DNA from: Octopus bimaculoides
Lineage: Eukaryota
DNA: 64,000 bases
Direction of reading: 5' to 3'
Assembly: GCF_001194135.2 (NCBI RefSeq)
Contig: NC_068983.1
Span: 73,042,811 to 73,106,810 of the forward strand
Shown: one piece after another, positions 1-12,607 of the stretch
Layout of the letters: each line of letters starts with the position of its first letter
Numbering within the stretch: position 1 is the stretch's first letter
Position numbers and translations under genes: made by a program
The notes under the pieces: generated by a model
What the model saw: the letters and a program-made list of their open reading frames with translations, nothing else
Told to the model about the DNA's origin: nothing
Database searches by the model: none

Positions 1-420
1 GGTTTCTATGGCTGGATGCTCTTCCTAATGCCAGCCACTCCAAGAATGTAGCGGGCGCGTTTTACATGCCACTGGCATGGGTGTCAGTTGTGTAACACTG
101 GCCATGACTATGATCTCACTTGGTTTGATGAGTCTTCTTAAGCATGGTTATTACCAAAGGTCTCAGTCACTTATCATTGCCTCCATGAAGTTCAATGTTC
201 CAAAGTTGCTTTTTATGTTCCACCAGCACAGGTGCCATTTACATGACACTGGCATCAACCACAACCACAATTTTGCTTGGCTTGATGAGTCTTCTCGAGA
301 ACGGCATATAGCCAAAAGTCTTGGTCACTTGTCGTTGCCTCCATGAGGCCCAATGTTTGAAGATCATGCTTTACTACCTCATCCCATGACTTCCTGGGTC
401 TACCCTTTCCACAGGTTTCC
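1..420 (-). mobile_element. Two tandem 5'-truncated RTE LINE 3' ends
   Basis: 420-270 translates to ETCGKGRPRKSWDEVVKHDLQTLGLMEATTSDQDFWLYAVLEKTHQAK. A second copy of the ORF end lies at about 210-118, followed by 3' UTR. Same family as 47359-48036. Confidence 0.85.
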
Positions 421-1004
421 CTCATAGTGATTATTTTCCTATTGTAGTTCCCTCCACATATGATTATTATAATTTTATATACATGTATACATCCCTAAAA
501 GCAAGCACATGTTTATGCAGACATTAGTGAAGCATGGAAGTGAGAGTCCAAAAGACTCAAAGTTGGTCCAAACTACCAAATATGGAAAAATATGAAAAGA
601 ACACTGGGAGATAAAGAAACCAAAGAAAAGAACTTACTTTCCAATATATCAAATGTAGTACAACTTAATTATTTATAAATTAATTTTACAAAGAAACCTA
701 AATTATAAGTCTACATTCATATATTTGTTTTCTTGTGATTTGCCTTGCATTTACCTCGCATCGTTCTGGCCTTACCCACAATCCTTTATACACTAAATTA
801 TAGCATAAGTTAAAGACCCCCACCAAGAACTACACAAAGAAACAACAATCTCCAATCCTTCCCAGTTGAGATGTTTGTTCATTTGTTTAATGTCCCTTTT
901 TTTTCTTCCCTTGCTAACATGGATTGGAGGTGGGGGGGGAGCATATTTGAAGAAGGATTTATCATGCACATTTGCATGCACGTGTACACATGCACACGCA
1001 CAAA

Positions 1005-1153
1005 GATTCTTACAGTTTCCATCTACCAAATTCATTCACAAAGCACTGGTTGGTCAGGGGCTATCATAGAAGTTACTTGCCAAGGCACCGCGCAATAAGA
1101 CTGAACTCGTGGTTGCAAATCAAACTTACTAACCACATACCCCTACCTGCTCC
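1005..1153 (-). mobile_element. SINE family A (tRNA-derived), degenerate 5' fragment
   Basis: Reverse complement matches the head and body of the copy at 2720-3112. Confidence 0.75.
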
Positions 1154-1291
1154 TACATACAATATTCTCTTTTGGTATTTTATTCCTTACAACTTAAGAG
1201 AGAGAGAGAGAGAGAGAACATTTGTATTGCTTGAATTTGTCTGGAAAGGCTCTTCAGTTAGAACAAAGATGAGTGCAAGCAATCATAATTC

Positions 1292-1870
1292 NNNNNNNNN
1301 NNNNNNNNNNNNNNNNNNNNNNNNNNNNNNNNNNNNNNNNNNNNNNNNNNNNNNNNNNNNNNNNNNNNNNNNNNNNNNNNNNNNNNNNNNNNNNNNNNNN
1401 NNNNNNNNNNNNNNNNNNNNNNNNNNNNNNNNNNNNNNNNNNNNNNNNNNNNNNNNNNNNNNNNNNNNNNNNNNNNNNNNNNNNNNNNNNNNNNNNNNNN
1501 NNNNNNNNNNNNNNNNNNNNNNNNNNNNNNNNNNNNNNNNNNNNNNNNNNNNNNNNNNNNNNNNNNNNNNNNNNNNNNNNNNNNNNNNNNNNNNNNNNNN
1601 NNNNNNNNNNNNNNNNNNNNNNNNNNNNNNNNNNNNNNNNNNNNNNNNNNNNNNNNNNNNNNNNNNNNNNNNNNNNNNNNNNNNNNNNNNNNNNNNNNNN
1701 NNNNNNNNNNNNNNNNNNNNNNNNNNNNNNNNNNNNNNNNNNNNNNNNNNNNNNNNNNNNNNNNNNNNNNNNNNNNNNNNNNNNNNNNNNNNNNNNNNNN
1801 NNNNNNNNNNNNNNNNNNNNNNNNNNNNNNNNNNNNNNNNNNNNNNNNNNNNNNNNNNNNNNNNNNNNNN
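1292..1870. other. Assembly gap (579 N) ending at a (TA)n tract (1871-1925)
   Basis: Run of N; the long X-filled ORFs in the track are artefacts of it. Confidence 1.
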
Positions 1871-1932
<62 letters not shown>

Positions 1933-2454
1933 CACATATAGTCTTTCAAATAATTTTCTTTTTCTTTTACTCTGCTATATTAAACTTTCAGTGTGGTTAC
2001 AAATGTATTCAGCATTGCTGCACAACAGGTTATCATGAGGGTACAGAATATTGAGAAACTTGTTATTAATTTAATGTAAACTCCTTAAAGCAGGCATAAA
2101 ATATTACAAAACTAAGAATAATTTCATGATAAATATGATGGCTAAGTGATTAATGTTTTAAACTATGTTAAGAATTCAACTCCATAGTGAGTGTTTCATT
2201 GCATACTTTATATTGTTGACTTAGCTCAGTCAAATAGGTACCAGATCAATCTGGCTTAGCATCAGAACTGAGTTCAGCAGTCATTCCAGTTTGTTTTCCC
2301 ATTGGATCTAGACTATGGTTCTGATAAGATATATTTGATGGTGAGGAACAGCCAATTCTGCATTAAATTCATCACTAGACATCTGCTGCCAAATAAATAT
2401 CTTCCCTGACTATGAGAGATTCCTAAATACTATTACCAAGACAGGACAAGTTAG

Positions 2455-2655
2455 ATCTTATAAGGTTGCTGTTTAGTCCCAGGATCAACCCTAGTTAAAC
2501 AGATCTTAAGGTAAAAGACATTCCAACCTTGACAATTCCTACCTTTTTCAGGAATACTGTACTTACGAGTACATTATCCAATTTGTCTATCCATTTTTAA
2601 ATATTAGGGTAAAATTTAAGAGAAATTGAGCAGCTATTTCTAGTAAATAAGTAAA
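2455..2655. repeat. Unclassified old interspersed repeat (family D)
   Basis: Shares ttgctgtttagccccagg...gatcaaagg...tttggctgctatttctag-type blocks with copies at about 6381, 9895, 17555, 18560, 24445, 29290, 37850, 58330, 60620 and 62000. Confidence 0.7.
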
Positions 2656-2719
2656 GGTTTATAATGCTGTCTTTGACTCAAGTTTAATCTTTTTCAAACA
2701 GTTATTTAAACAACTTATT

Positions 2720-3112
2720 GGCATAGGAGTGGCTATGTGGTAAGTAGCTTGCTTACGAACCACATGGTTCCAGGTTCAGTCCCACTGCATAGCACTTTGG
2801 GCAAGTGTCTTCTACTATAGCCTCGGGCCAACCAAAGCCTTGTGAGTGAATTTGATAGACGGAAACTGAAAGAAGCTCGTCGTATATATGTATATATATG
2901 TGTGTGTGTGTTTGTGTGTCTGTGTTTGTCCCTCCCAATATCGCTTGACAAGCGATGCTGGTGTGTTTATGTCCCCATAACTTAGCGGTTCGGCAAAAGA
3001 GACCGATAGAATAAGTACTAAGCTTGCAAAGAATAAGTCCTGGGGTTGATTTGCATGACTAAAGGCGGTGCTCCAGCATGGCCACAGTCAAATGACTGAA
3101 ATAGGTAAACAG
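2720..3112 (+). mobile_element. SINE family A, full-length tRNA-derived SINE
   Basis: A-box-like TGGCTATGTGG, B-box-like GGTTCAGTCCC, then ttgggcaagtgtctt (CORE-like start), an internal (TA)/(TG) microsatellite, and the tail ccagcatggccacagtcaaatgactgaaa. More than 10 copies in the window. Confidence 0.92.
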
Positions 3113-4270
3113 GTAATTTTAGCATACAGTGAAAAATTACACATCCTTTTCAGTAAGGGACTTCTATTTAATTTTAAATCCCTACCTACTGAAGGTTCAT
3201 ATTTTGGATACAGCTGGTGAACCAACAAGGGAATTTATTTGAATTTCATTTTGAGTTAAGGAGACACAATGGCTAAGAGATTCAATAGGAGCTTGAATTC
3301 ATACTATAGTACTACAGCTACAGTGTATCTGAGCAAAGTACATAGGTGCTTTGCTTGAATTTGCATGAACATAAAACATCTCTCTCTCTCTCTCCATATT
3401 TCACATCGGAGTCGTAGAAAAAACAACCAGCTGTAAAAACAATTCTACAGCCATCTATAAAAGCATCCCACACATGTGCCATCAATATCATCCCTATTTT
3501 ACATCTACTTTCCATCCTGGCATTGGTTGGACATGAGCATAACAAAAAAACCCTTTTATGAAGGCTTTCTTCTACGAATAAGAATTTTTTAAATGATATG
3601 AAGGAGAAAAGAAAATTAAAAGAGAGTTTTACACATTTCTTTATTACTTTACCCCAATTTTAATAAGTTATCAAATACCAATTAACAGAAGCAATATGCT
3701 AAACCACTTCAGAATAGAATTTGGATTCTGTTTTTCCTTTATAATCTGTTTACGAGTGAAAAGTTAAATATTAAAATACAAAATATTTTAGGTATAATTT
3801 TATACATTTACATGTTCAATTTTACATTTTAAATAATATTTAGAATTTTTTGTCAGTTCACAATATGACTTAAATAGAAACCAGAGAAGAGAATGTCATA
3901 TATAAAACAGCTTGAATACTAGTAATATCAAGTTATACATATATGAAAATTATTGATATTGCTTTCCAGAACAAGAAAGACAGTATCATTTGGTACTACC
4001 TTTTTTTTTTTTTTTTTTTTTTAGTTATCACGCATACCCATTACATGTGTAAAATCAGCATAAAATGCTTTAACACTTCCATTTTTCATCTATTTATCTC
4101 TATTTTTACCATCTGCTAAGCATTTCGTGTAAGTTCTGACAACAGCCAGCTCATTCATTCTAGGTGTCAGGTCAATCAGTATATCAAAATAAGAGAGCAG
4201 CATGCTTCTGAACATCGAGGGGTGGGGTGGAGAACAAGCATTGGTCAATTATGTTTATATACAGCAATAG

Positions 4271-4336
4271 CTGATGCAACTCTCCAGATATGATTTTCTT
4301 TGGCAGACAACCAACTTTTATCCATAAGACATGCTC
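4271..4336 (-). mobile_element. Short RTE LINE ORF remnant
   Basis: Translates to EHVLWIKVGCLPKKIISGELHQ, resembling the RTE C-terminal GHVxRMxxxRLPKxIxYGEL motif; only about 22 aa. Confidence 0.45.
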
Positions 4337-4682
4337 CACTAAAAACAGGGGGATAGCAAATAAGAGTATCCATGTCCATTATATCCTTTAATACAAGTCA
4401 CTGAGTAAAAAAACTCTTACACAAGTAGTTCCATGTTGATATCAAAAACTAGTCTAATTTCCCTATCATATGGGTTTGAATGCAAGCAACAAACTTGAAT
4501 TGTTGGGTGTATGCAACTTTCATCTTGATAGGGACAGGACATGACATTACTGAACATCTGTTATTTCATGGTTCAGTCAGTTTCCATGATCAAGAAACTT
4601 CAGTAAAAGATTTCTTTTAAAGACACTACTCAGTTAAAGTAACTTGACATACATGCATGCCCAAAGCCAATAAATTACTTAC

Positions 4683-4790
4683 CACAGGAATAACGTGTGT
4701 CACACCATCTCCGGAATCTATCACAGTACCTGTCAGTGTACGGTCACCAACTTGACGAGAGGCCCAAGAAGCTGCTAAGGCTAGGACTGC
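4683..4790 (-). CDS. ACTR3: Arp3 internal coding exon (108 bp, phase 0/0)
   Basis: Reads [36 protein letters not shown], including the actin-fold phosphate-2 motif DSGDG. Acceptor atattag|, donor |gtaagt. Confidence 0.97.
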
Positions 4791-4979
4791 CTAATATTAA
4801 TAAAAGAAAACAAAATGAAATTTAGAAATGAAATTTAAACAAAAGCTAAATACTAAAAATTATAAAACCTTTGGAATAAAAGATAAAGTTTTCTGGTTAA
4901 TATTCAAATCAATAAGAATGATAGTGTACAGGAAGAAACATCAAACAACCAGAATAAATGTCAAATATATATAGTTTAA

Positions 4980-5199
4980 CCCTTTCATTACTATATTTAT
5001 TTTGAGATGTTCTGTGTTTCTTTCAATTACTTTAAATATAACAAAGAATTTAGTAAAATTACTTTGTTATCATTAAGCTAGTGTTAGGAACATGAATTGT
5101 GACAAAGGTTTGGTGAAAGATTTTAATTTAGAACTTTTGAAAACAAGACATTTGTACTCAGAGCCAGAGCCGGTTTCAGCCGGGTTGGTAACAAAAGGG
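4980..5199. mobile_element. piggyBac-type MITE
   Basis: TTAA on both sides (4976-4979, 5200-5203); terminal inverted repeats ccctttcattac / gtaacaaaaggg; no ORF. Confidence 0.85.
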
Positions 5200-5814
5200 T
5201 TAATGCTTTATGTTCAAATTCTGCTAGAATTGTTTTTCTTATTTTTCATTACTCCACGAGTATTAAAAATAGATATCACTTACAAACTACAATCAATTCA
5301 TTCAATTATAGCCTTCACATTTGAAATTTGCCATAGTCAAAAGAAATTTCATTCAACAAACTCAGAGGCAGTTACGTCCCCTTACGTATTCAGTTACATC
5401 ACTGACTCCTGTGGTCTATGAAATAAATATCAGCCAAGCACTGAAATCAAAGGAAAAATCTTTTTTCCAAGGAAACTGGTGATGGTCTGCATCAGCAATT
5501 ATTAGTCAATAGGAAGGTTCAGTTAGTTCATTAGTGAAGAGTGTTATAAAAGTCTAATGCTTTGAGTTTTGCTCTTCATCTAACATTGAGTGAATTGGGG
5601 GGGGGGGGAGTGGTGCTGCCATTTAAGTTTGTCTCTAACCCAATCTACACACTTTTCCACCTTTTCCTTACTCTGGGATGAAGAACAAAGCAGAAAATGT
5701 TAGACTATTTCTTCTCATAAAAAAAATGTATTTATCAAACCAAGTTTGACAATGCAGTCACACAAAATGTATGATTCCTGTATAGCAATGGCAGAAATCT
5801 ATTTTCTTCTAAAG

Positions 5815-6020
5815 CAGCGGTTCTCAACTGGGGTCCATATAAAATTTTGCTGTTAAAATTTATGTGTAATAAATTGATTATACTTCTACAATACACAAAA
5901 TATTTAAAGTCTTTTTAAATACAATTCCTGATAATATTTAATTATACAAATATAACAGGATTTTTTAAAACATGAATGGCAGGAGAGTAAAATAGGAATC
6001 ACAGGGGTCCATAGGTGAAA
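5815..6020 (+). mobile_element. hAT MITE, 3'-truncated (same family as 12608-12840)
   Basis: Starts cagcggttctcaactggggtccatat after ttctaaag. Internal sequence is colinear with 12608-12840; the right TIR is missing. Confidence 0.8.
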
Positions 6021-7871
6021 AGGAATGATTTTAGCACACAAGAAAAAAGATAAGCCGTATACACATAGGAAGTTCAGATCGATAGAACAAATTGTTTAAT
6101 TAAACTAAGCATTATATAAAATAAATGGCACAATAAGATAAGCACATTGAACATATACGATAAAAATGTTCTGTTGTAATAAAATCTAATCTTTTAATGA
6201 TGCTACATGATACACTTGTAACCACACACATGAAATGTAATAAACAATATGGAAAAGAAAAAAAAAATTCTGCATGTGTAGACTGTTGTAAAATAATTGT
6301 TCTAGAATTTATGTAAATAATCTTTCTGGGATTGTTTCAAGAGGTTATCACTACTATTAACATCTTTCTGGGCAATAAAGGAGTCTCTATGTGGTAGCTC
6401 ACCAAACTAGGCATAGCAACTAAATCTGACAGAACGGTCATGGTTTGACTGTCCTTTGGTCATGTCTGCACAATCAGGGCTGACCTGGGTCTAAACAACC
6501 ACCTCTTCCTATTATTAACTTGAGTGCACCTATTGAAAAAGTATATCCTGAGCATATGGTTAGTGACTCTCATAATACAATGATTTCGTCAAATTAATGT
6601 ATGGACAAGTCCACCTAGTAGAGAACCTCCTTGTGAAGTTATATCTACAGGAGCTAAACTCAGCATTGCAAGCTAACAATATAGTCATCAGTTTTAAAGT
6701 ATTGCTGCTTATAGTAATGAGTTGTTTACCCTACTATGTCTATTGATGGAAAACAAGAACCTGGAGTTCTTGTTTTCTAGCCACAATAGAAATAATGTCA
6801 AGTGATGACAAGATACAGACCAACCATCTCTGTCATCTGGTCATTCATGCCTTTAATCTGAGTATATTCACAGTACATGTCTAAATAGAATATAACTAAT
6901 TCCATATTAGACATTTTGCCTATATCACATTTTTGAGTATTTATGTAAAAATATTAAAATCTAACTTTTGGCGGAATCATTAGCACATAACAGAGACTGT
7001 TCCATAAAAGCTTTTCTGTATTCAAATCCCTCAAAAGTTACTTTTACATTTCATTCTTCCAAGATCAATAAAATTAAATACTAGTTAAGTACTGAAGTTG
7101 ATTTAATTGACTAAATGTTCTGCCAAAAATTAGTGGCCTTGTGTCTGTTAGAAATCAATAGTTTGTATTTCAATATATCACTATTGATACAAAATAGCAA
7201 ACTGGCAAAAATATCTTAAGAAGCATTTTGAAGACAGTGACAGGAAAATGGTGTACGTTATCTTCAGACAGGTATGAAAAGTATGATATAATTTAAGGAT
7301 GTTTAAATCCTAGGAAACAAATTCAAAAGAAAACTCCTGCTCCACATACCATTTTCCAAAATAGCAAGCCAATGAAAAAATTACTATGCCATCACTGAGC
7401 CTACTGGATTTAACATCCAAATCTTCCTTAATAGTCTTTTCAATTGATAATTTTCAAAGGTATGATTCCAAAGACTTGTAGCAAAACTTGAACTTCATGG
7501 GACAAATTTCAACAAATGCAAGCATATCTAGTCTACCATTAATTGACTTAATTGTCCTACTGAATTTCAGCCACTCCTACATTGAATTTCACTACCAGCT
7601 GCAACAACAAAAATGTATTTTGATTTCCAGTGAAAAGACTGGTTCAGACATACAAATAACTGTCAACCCCCATCATTATTATCACCAATTGTTCTTAATC
7701 TTATCAGTGTTTCATAGACAGCACAGTAAAACTGATGTATATAGGCAAGAATAGATACAAAGAAACCAAACTTGCCAGTAGTTCTCAAATGATATCAGAT
7801 AGACAACAATATAGAGAAGTTCTGGAAAGCAGAAATAAGTAGAGGTCAAGGAGAATTCTATATACAAACTT

Positions 7872-7915
<44 letters not shown>

Positions 7916-10589
7916 CTAATCCTTATACACTTGGTTTGGTCATCAAATGAAATCTAAACTAAATGAAAACCAAATTTTTGTAGGAAAGCAATATATTGAA
8001 TTGTATCAGCCCCAAAATGTTATTGATGGTAAAAGGAGCAAAGTTGAGCTGAATGAGATTTGAATTTTAAACAAAGAGGAAATTAAATACTTTAATGTAT
8101 TTAGTCTGCCACTCAACTGTCTCAGCCATTTCTGCACAACTAGAATATGGTAAACACAATCTAGGTTAGTGAAACTCAAGATACACTTCTAAATTAGAAG
8201 CCTAAAGTATGGACAGCAACAATGGTTAATCTAAGAAAGAGAAACTGAGGAGACAAGTAAGAAAAGGATACACAGAGAAACAGGAGACAGATATTGTAAT
8301 ATCAACAGAAAACTAAAGAGATATAAAAGTGAGATGGGGGGGGGTGTATTACAATTTACAATGAAATCTCACTATTTTAACAGATAAACCAGCTGAGGAA
8401 ATCCTCTCCCAAAATAATATTTTGTAGTTACAGCTCATTTTTCTTTTTTGTTGAACTTTTACAGTGAATGGTAGATAGTCTGGTTCCTCAAAAGCTATCT
8501 TTGTTATGTGATATTAAAATTCATAGACATAATTTAAAACTCATTTATGGTCCAAGCCACTATCCCTCGCTTTCAAGTTTTCTCATAAATTATACATTCA
8601 CCAGTAGCACAGCAATCCAATAACCAAAATCATTGTGCATATATTCAAGGATGAGTACCCATGTGAATATGCATACCTGTATACACACATACATGTGTAT
8701 ATGTAAATATGTTTATACAACTTAGCATATACATGGTTGCTGTGTAACAATATACTACTGGTCCTTGTCAATGGACTGTGGCCATGTAAACACACATACA
8801 TGCACAAACACACAGTTCCCAGCTAGTAGATTGTGTACAGTGTATATGCATAACAAACATACTTGTTTTATAAATACATGCATGCACAGACATATCGAAG
8901 TATGAAAATGTTAAAAATTACAAAAAACAACTTTCAGTATAAATTCAACAGGAACATATTCACAAACTGTGACATTGACATTTTGAAAGCAAGAAAATAG
9001 AGGGCTACAAGCAAAGAATAAATTTATTAAGATATTTTTCTTGTAGTTTTATTTATTTACTTATTTCCAATATAAAATATGTTACACTAATGACCTCCTT
9101 ACATCAATGATAGTTACCTAAACTAAATCATGTTATAAACAACCATAGAGTCAGTGTATTAATGAGGTTTATACTCTTAATGCTTGTAATAATGATAGCT
9201 TCCTATATTGGCACAAAGCCACATATTTGAAGCGGGGGAGTACAGTCAACTGTCTAGTAACAAGTTCCATTCTGCCACCCAGTACATGGCTTGTATCAAA
9301 TGCTATCAACTCTAGAGAGATGGAAAGAGAAATCAACCATATTTAATTATATTCCTCTACATTCTCACTTAAGGTGAGAATGCAGAGGAATATAATTAAA
9401 TGTAGAAATACTTTTGACACAAAGCTCTCTTTGCCTCCCTTTTCCATCATAGTGATTAGCATGGTCAAGTAATTCTTACTAGCAGGACCCATTGACCAAC
9501 ATTATATAAATTTCCTTATTTCAATTTCAATGCATAAACTTATCCATCTTCATAACATTGTTTCATTATTTTAACACTCTGTTTGTATCTTAAATTTCAT
9601 TCTCTTAGATTGTTAAAAGTGTAACAACATGCAACAAGCAATGATGATGACGATGAATTATCATCATCATTCTGCCAAAGTTGACTTTGCCTTTCATTCT
9701 TTCAGGGTCGATAAATTATGTACCAGCTGAATATTGGGAATCAATGCATTCAACTACTCCACCCATCCCCAAAATTTCAGGCTTTGTGTCTATAGAAGAG
9801 AGGATTATTATTATTAGGTAGTTTCATTTGTGCGGTCTTGGTAATAATGTCTTAATTTCCTTCAGTAACACTAAATAAATTCAACAGAAGAAAGCTTCCA
9901 ATAAATCCCTCAAACTACTAGAACCAAATCACACCCTACAATCTTAAAACAAGGACACATTTGATCATGTAGACCTAGATACACCATGCCCAAAAGAAAA
10001 GACAGGATAGTGTGAGTGGATTATAGATCAGTTCAAACAGGGTTGACTTGAGCTAAACAAGAACATAGTAGGTAATATTTTTTAAAGCAATTTTTACATG
10101 CATTTTTGTTACAGTAGATATGCTATTCTATACAGATGTTTCCTCGTGTATTTCAAAAAACATCTAATTATAAGTAACTGATTCTTTACATATTGTTATT
10201 TGAAATAGATTGGGGTCACATAATTTATCCCTCATTTATGGACTACCGAGACAGTATGATGCATGTTAACAAATGCAGAAGATCTATGGGGTTGGGGAGA
10301 AATGATTCAGGTATGATCTTTCAGATGTATGAGGTTAATTTGCATAAAACCAGAGCATATGTTAAATAAGAAAATTTGGACATTTGAGCATTGGCTGATG
10401 TATGCATGAGGGACCAATGTTTGCATGGATATTTGAAACAAATAGCCAATGAGTGCTTGCAGTTTTTCAAACATTTTAAAGTTCTTGTTGGAATATGTCT
10501 AATCCAGTACCATAATAGCAAAAGCAGAAGTTTGTAGCTCATCAAGAAAATGGATCTCAATTTACTCAAGGATGAGCAATTTGAAAAAT

Positions 10590-11330
10590 ATCTCCGTTTT
10601 TTCCAGGAGGGTTGTGGGGGCAGAGTCCTCAGATACCTCCCCCATAGGGTCCTAACAGAAACAACCATCATTAGATTTTCCAACCGGATTTCCAAGCACA
10701 ACCAACTGAGACAATGGTTATTATCCAACCATCTCATTCTTGGTCTACCCTTAGATCTTCTGCTGGTTGACTTGGCTTGAAGAATCCATCTTGAAATTTT
10801 CTGCAGCATTTTAATCACATGTCCATAGTGCTTATTACTGGAATAAGCATGAAATTCCATTTCACAGTGACAGGGTTAATATATTTAGATATTCAGCATT
10901 TACAATTCTAAATGTTAGATATATGATGCTTATGTAAAAATTATGAACAGATTAAACTGATGGGGAGCAGGATTACACAACTGATTTATTAATCATCTTG
11001 TTATTACCATTAGTTTCTCCTTTTAGATATCTCTAAACCAGTGGTTCTTAACTAGGGTCCATATAAGATTTTGTTGTTAAAAATTATGTGCAATAAATTG
11101 GTTATACTTCTACAATACACAAAATATTTTAACTGTTAATGTAGAGAAATAGCAGTTCTACCTGGAAACTCCCTGATCTTCGAGCTATGCACGCTGTTGA
11201 GTAACATTATTACAGAGACCCTTTGGAAGAACCCCATTTTGTCAGTTTGTATTTACACTTGTACTCTTTCAATCATTACCCAACATTCATGACCATAGAT
11301 GAAGATAGGCATACCATTTACATACCATGG
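10590..11330 (-). mobile_element. RTE LINE ORF C-terminus (Expander-like), interrupted by a 300-bp insertion
   Basis: 11312-11134 gives MPIFIYGHECWVMIERVQV*IQTDKMGFFQRVSVIMLLNSVHSSKIREF/VELLFLYI. 10833-10590 gives HYGHVIKMLQKISRWILQAKSTSRRSKGRPRMRWLDNNHCLSWLCLEIRLENL...LWGRYLRTLPPQP. The two parts are colinear with the RTE pattern LTYGHELWVM...LRWxGH...RGRPRxRW...LPPRP. Confidence 0.85.
10834..11133 (+). repeat. 300-bp direct duplicate of 12403-12702
   Basis: Hand alignment: 12 substitutions, no indels (about 96% identity), offset 1569 bp. Includes unique intron sequence plus the left part of the hAT MITE. Confidence 0.95.
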
Positions 11331-11933
11331 ACAAGAAGCATTTCTATACATTCTACACAGCACTTTCCTTAGATAATGGAATTGCAACTGTAACATCCTA
11401 CATATATTTTTACTTGTATTATTATTCTCTTATTTCCCTTAATACTTCCTATATCCATCCTTTTCCAGAATAACTCCTTATATTGAACTCTACTATTTCC
11501 CTCTAGTTAACGTTCTCATATAGTCTGATGAAGGGATATCCCTAATATCCTAGAAACAGTTCTAACACTACTTTTTGCTTTATAAATGCCACACAGCTTT
11601 GGGTTTGTTGTTTCATTTTATTTAACACACACACATCATCATTTAACATCATGCTGGCAGGAATCAGAAAGTTTAACAGAATCCAATAAGTCAGAGAACA
11701 GTGTTATGCTCCAATGCTTGCTAAGACACAATTTCTATGGCTGGATAACCTTCCGAATGCCAACCACTGATATATATAATTTTTCTTATTAGTTTTACAC
11801 ATTAATCCTTATGGTGAGTAACAAATACTATTGATCTCCCAGGAAAAGTTAATTGAACCTATTTAAAAGTGTAACAACAGCAGCCCCCTATTTCACATCA
11901 AAATAATTTAATAATTAAACAAAATATGCAAGT

Positions 11934-12118
11934 GGATGGCAGAAATAGGTTGATTGGACAAAATACCTTCGGGTATTTAGTTACATTCAAAGTTCAAATT
12001 CCATCCAGGGTCCCCTTTGCCTTTCATCCTACATAAGTTGATAAAATAAATATTGGGGTGATATAATCTATTGTGCCCTAGCATGGCCACTGTCTATGAC
12101 TGAAATCAGTAAAAGGAC
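11934..12118 (+). mobile_element. SINE family E head joined to a family A tail (degenerate)
   Basis: ggcagaa...gttcaaattcc...tttgcctttcatcc body, then agcatggccactgtctatgactgaaatcagtaaaag as in family A. Confidence 0.6.
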
Positions 12119-12607
12119 AAAACACTTTCTAAATTTCAGAAAAAAAATTTATTAATCTTTGAAAAATTAAAAACACATACTTATATTGATTAATGCTTGA
12201 ATTAATGACTGACTCTCATATTAGCAAGTTTAAATATTAAGCTGCAGTGTTTTGTCTTTAACCCTTTTACTGTGGAAATCAGATATATTCACTCAAAATT
12301 TTATCACTCTTAACTATTTTTTAGTTGAGATACATCAAATTTAAGGAGACAACATGACTTGCAGAAAATACCAATTCTGCTTTTCCATAGATATCTAACA
12401 TCATTACTGGAATAAGCATGAAATTTAATTTCACAGTGATAGGGTTAATATATTTAGATATTTAGCATTTACAATTCTAAATGTTAGATATATGATGTTT
12501 ATGTAAAAATTACGAACAGATAAAACTGATGAGGAGCAGGATTACACAACTGATTTATTAATCATCTTGCTATTATCATTAGTTTCTCCTTTTAGATATC
12601 TCTAAAC

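Noticed and set aside
972-2054. Long ORFs (216-360 aa) in the ORF track at 972-2054, and similar ones at 31280-31632 and 45319-45754
   Set aside because: They are open only because they run through N gaps and (TA)n tracts.
6749-6777. Perfect 12-bp hairpin gaaaacaagaac-ctgga-gttcttgttttc
   Set aside because: A/T-rich stem, too short for a pre-miRNA, and about what chance predicts in this much AT-rich sequence.
10321-10860. 179-aa minus-strand ORF as a host gene; contains IRHIP, resembling Arp3 IKHIP
   Set aside because: Its recognisable part is a dead RTE C-terminus. The IRHIP match has no flanking Arp3 similarity or splice sites.
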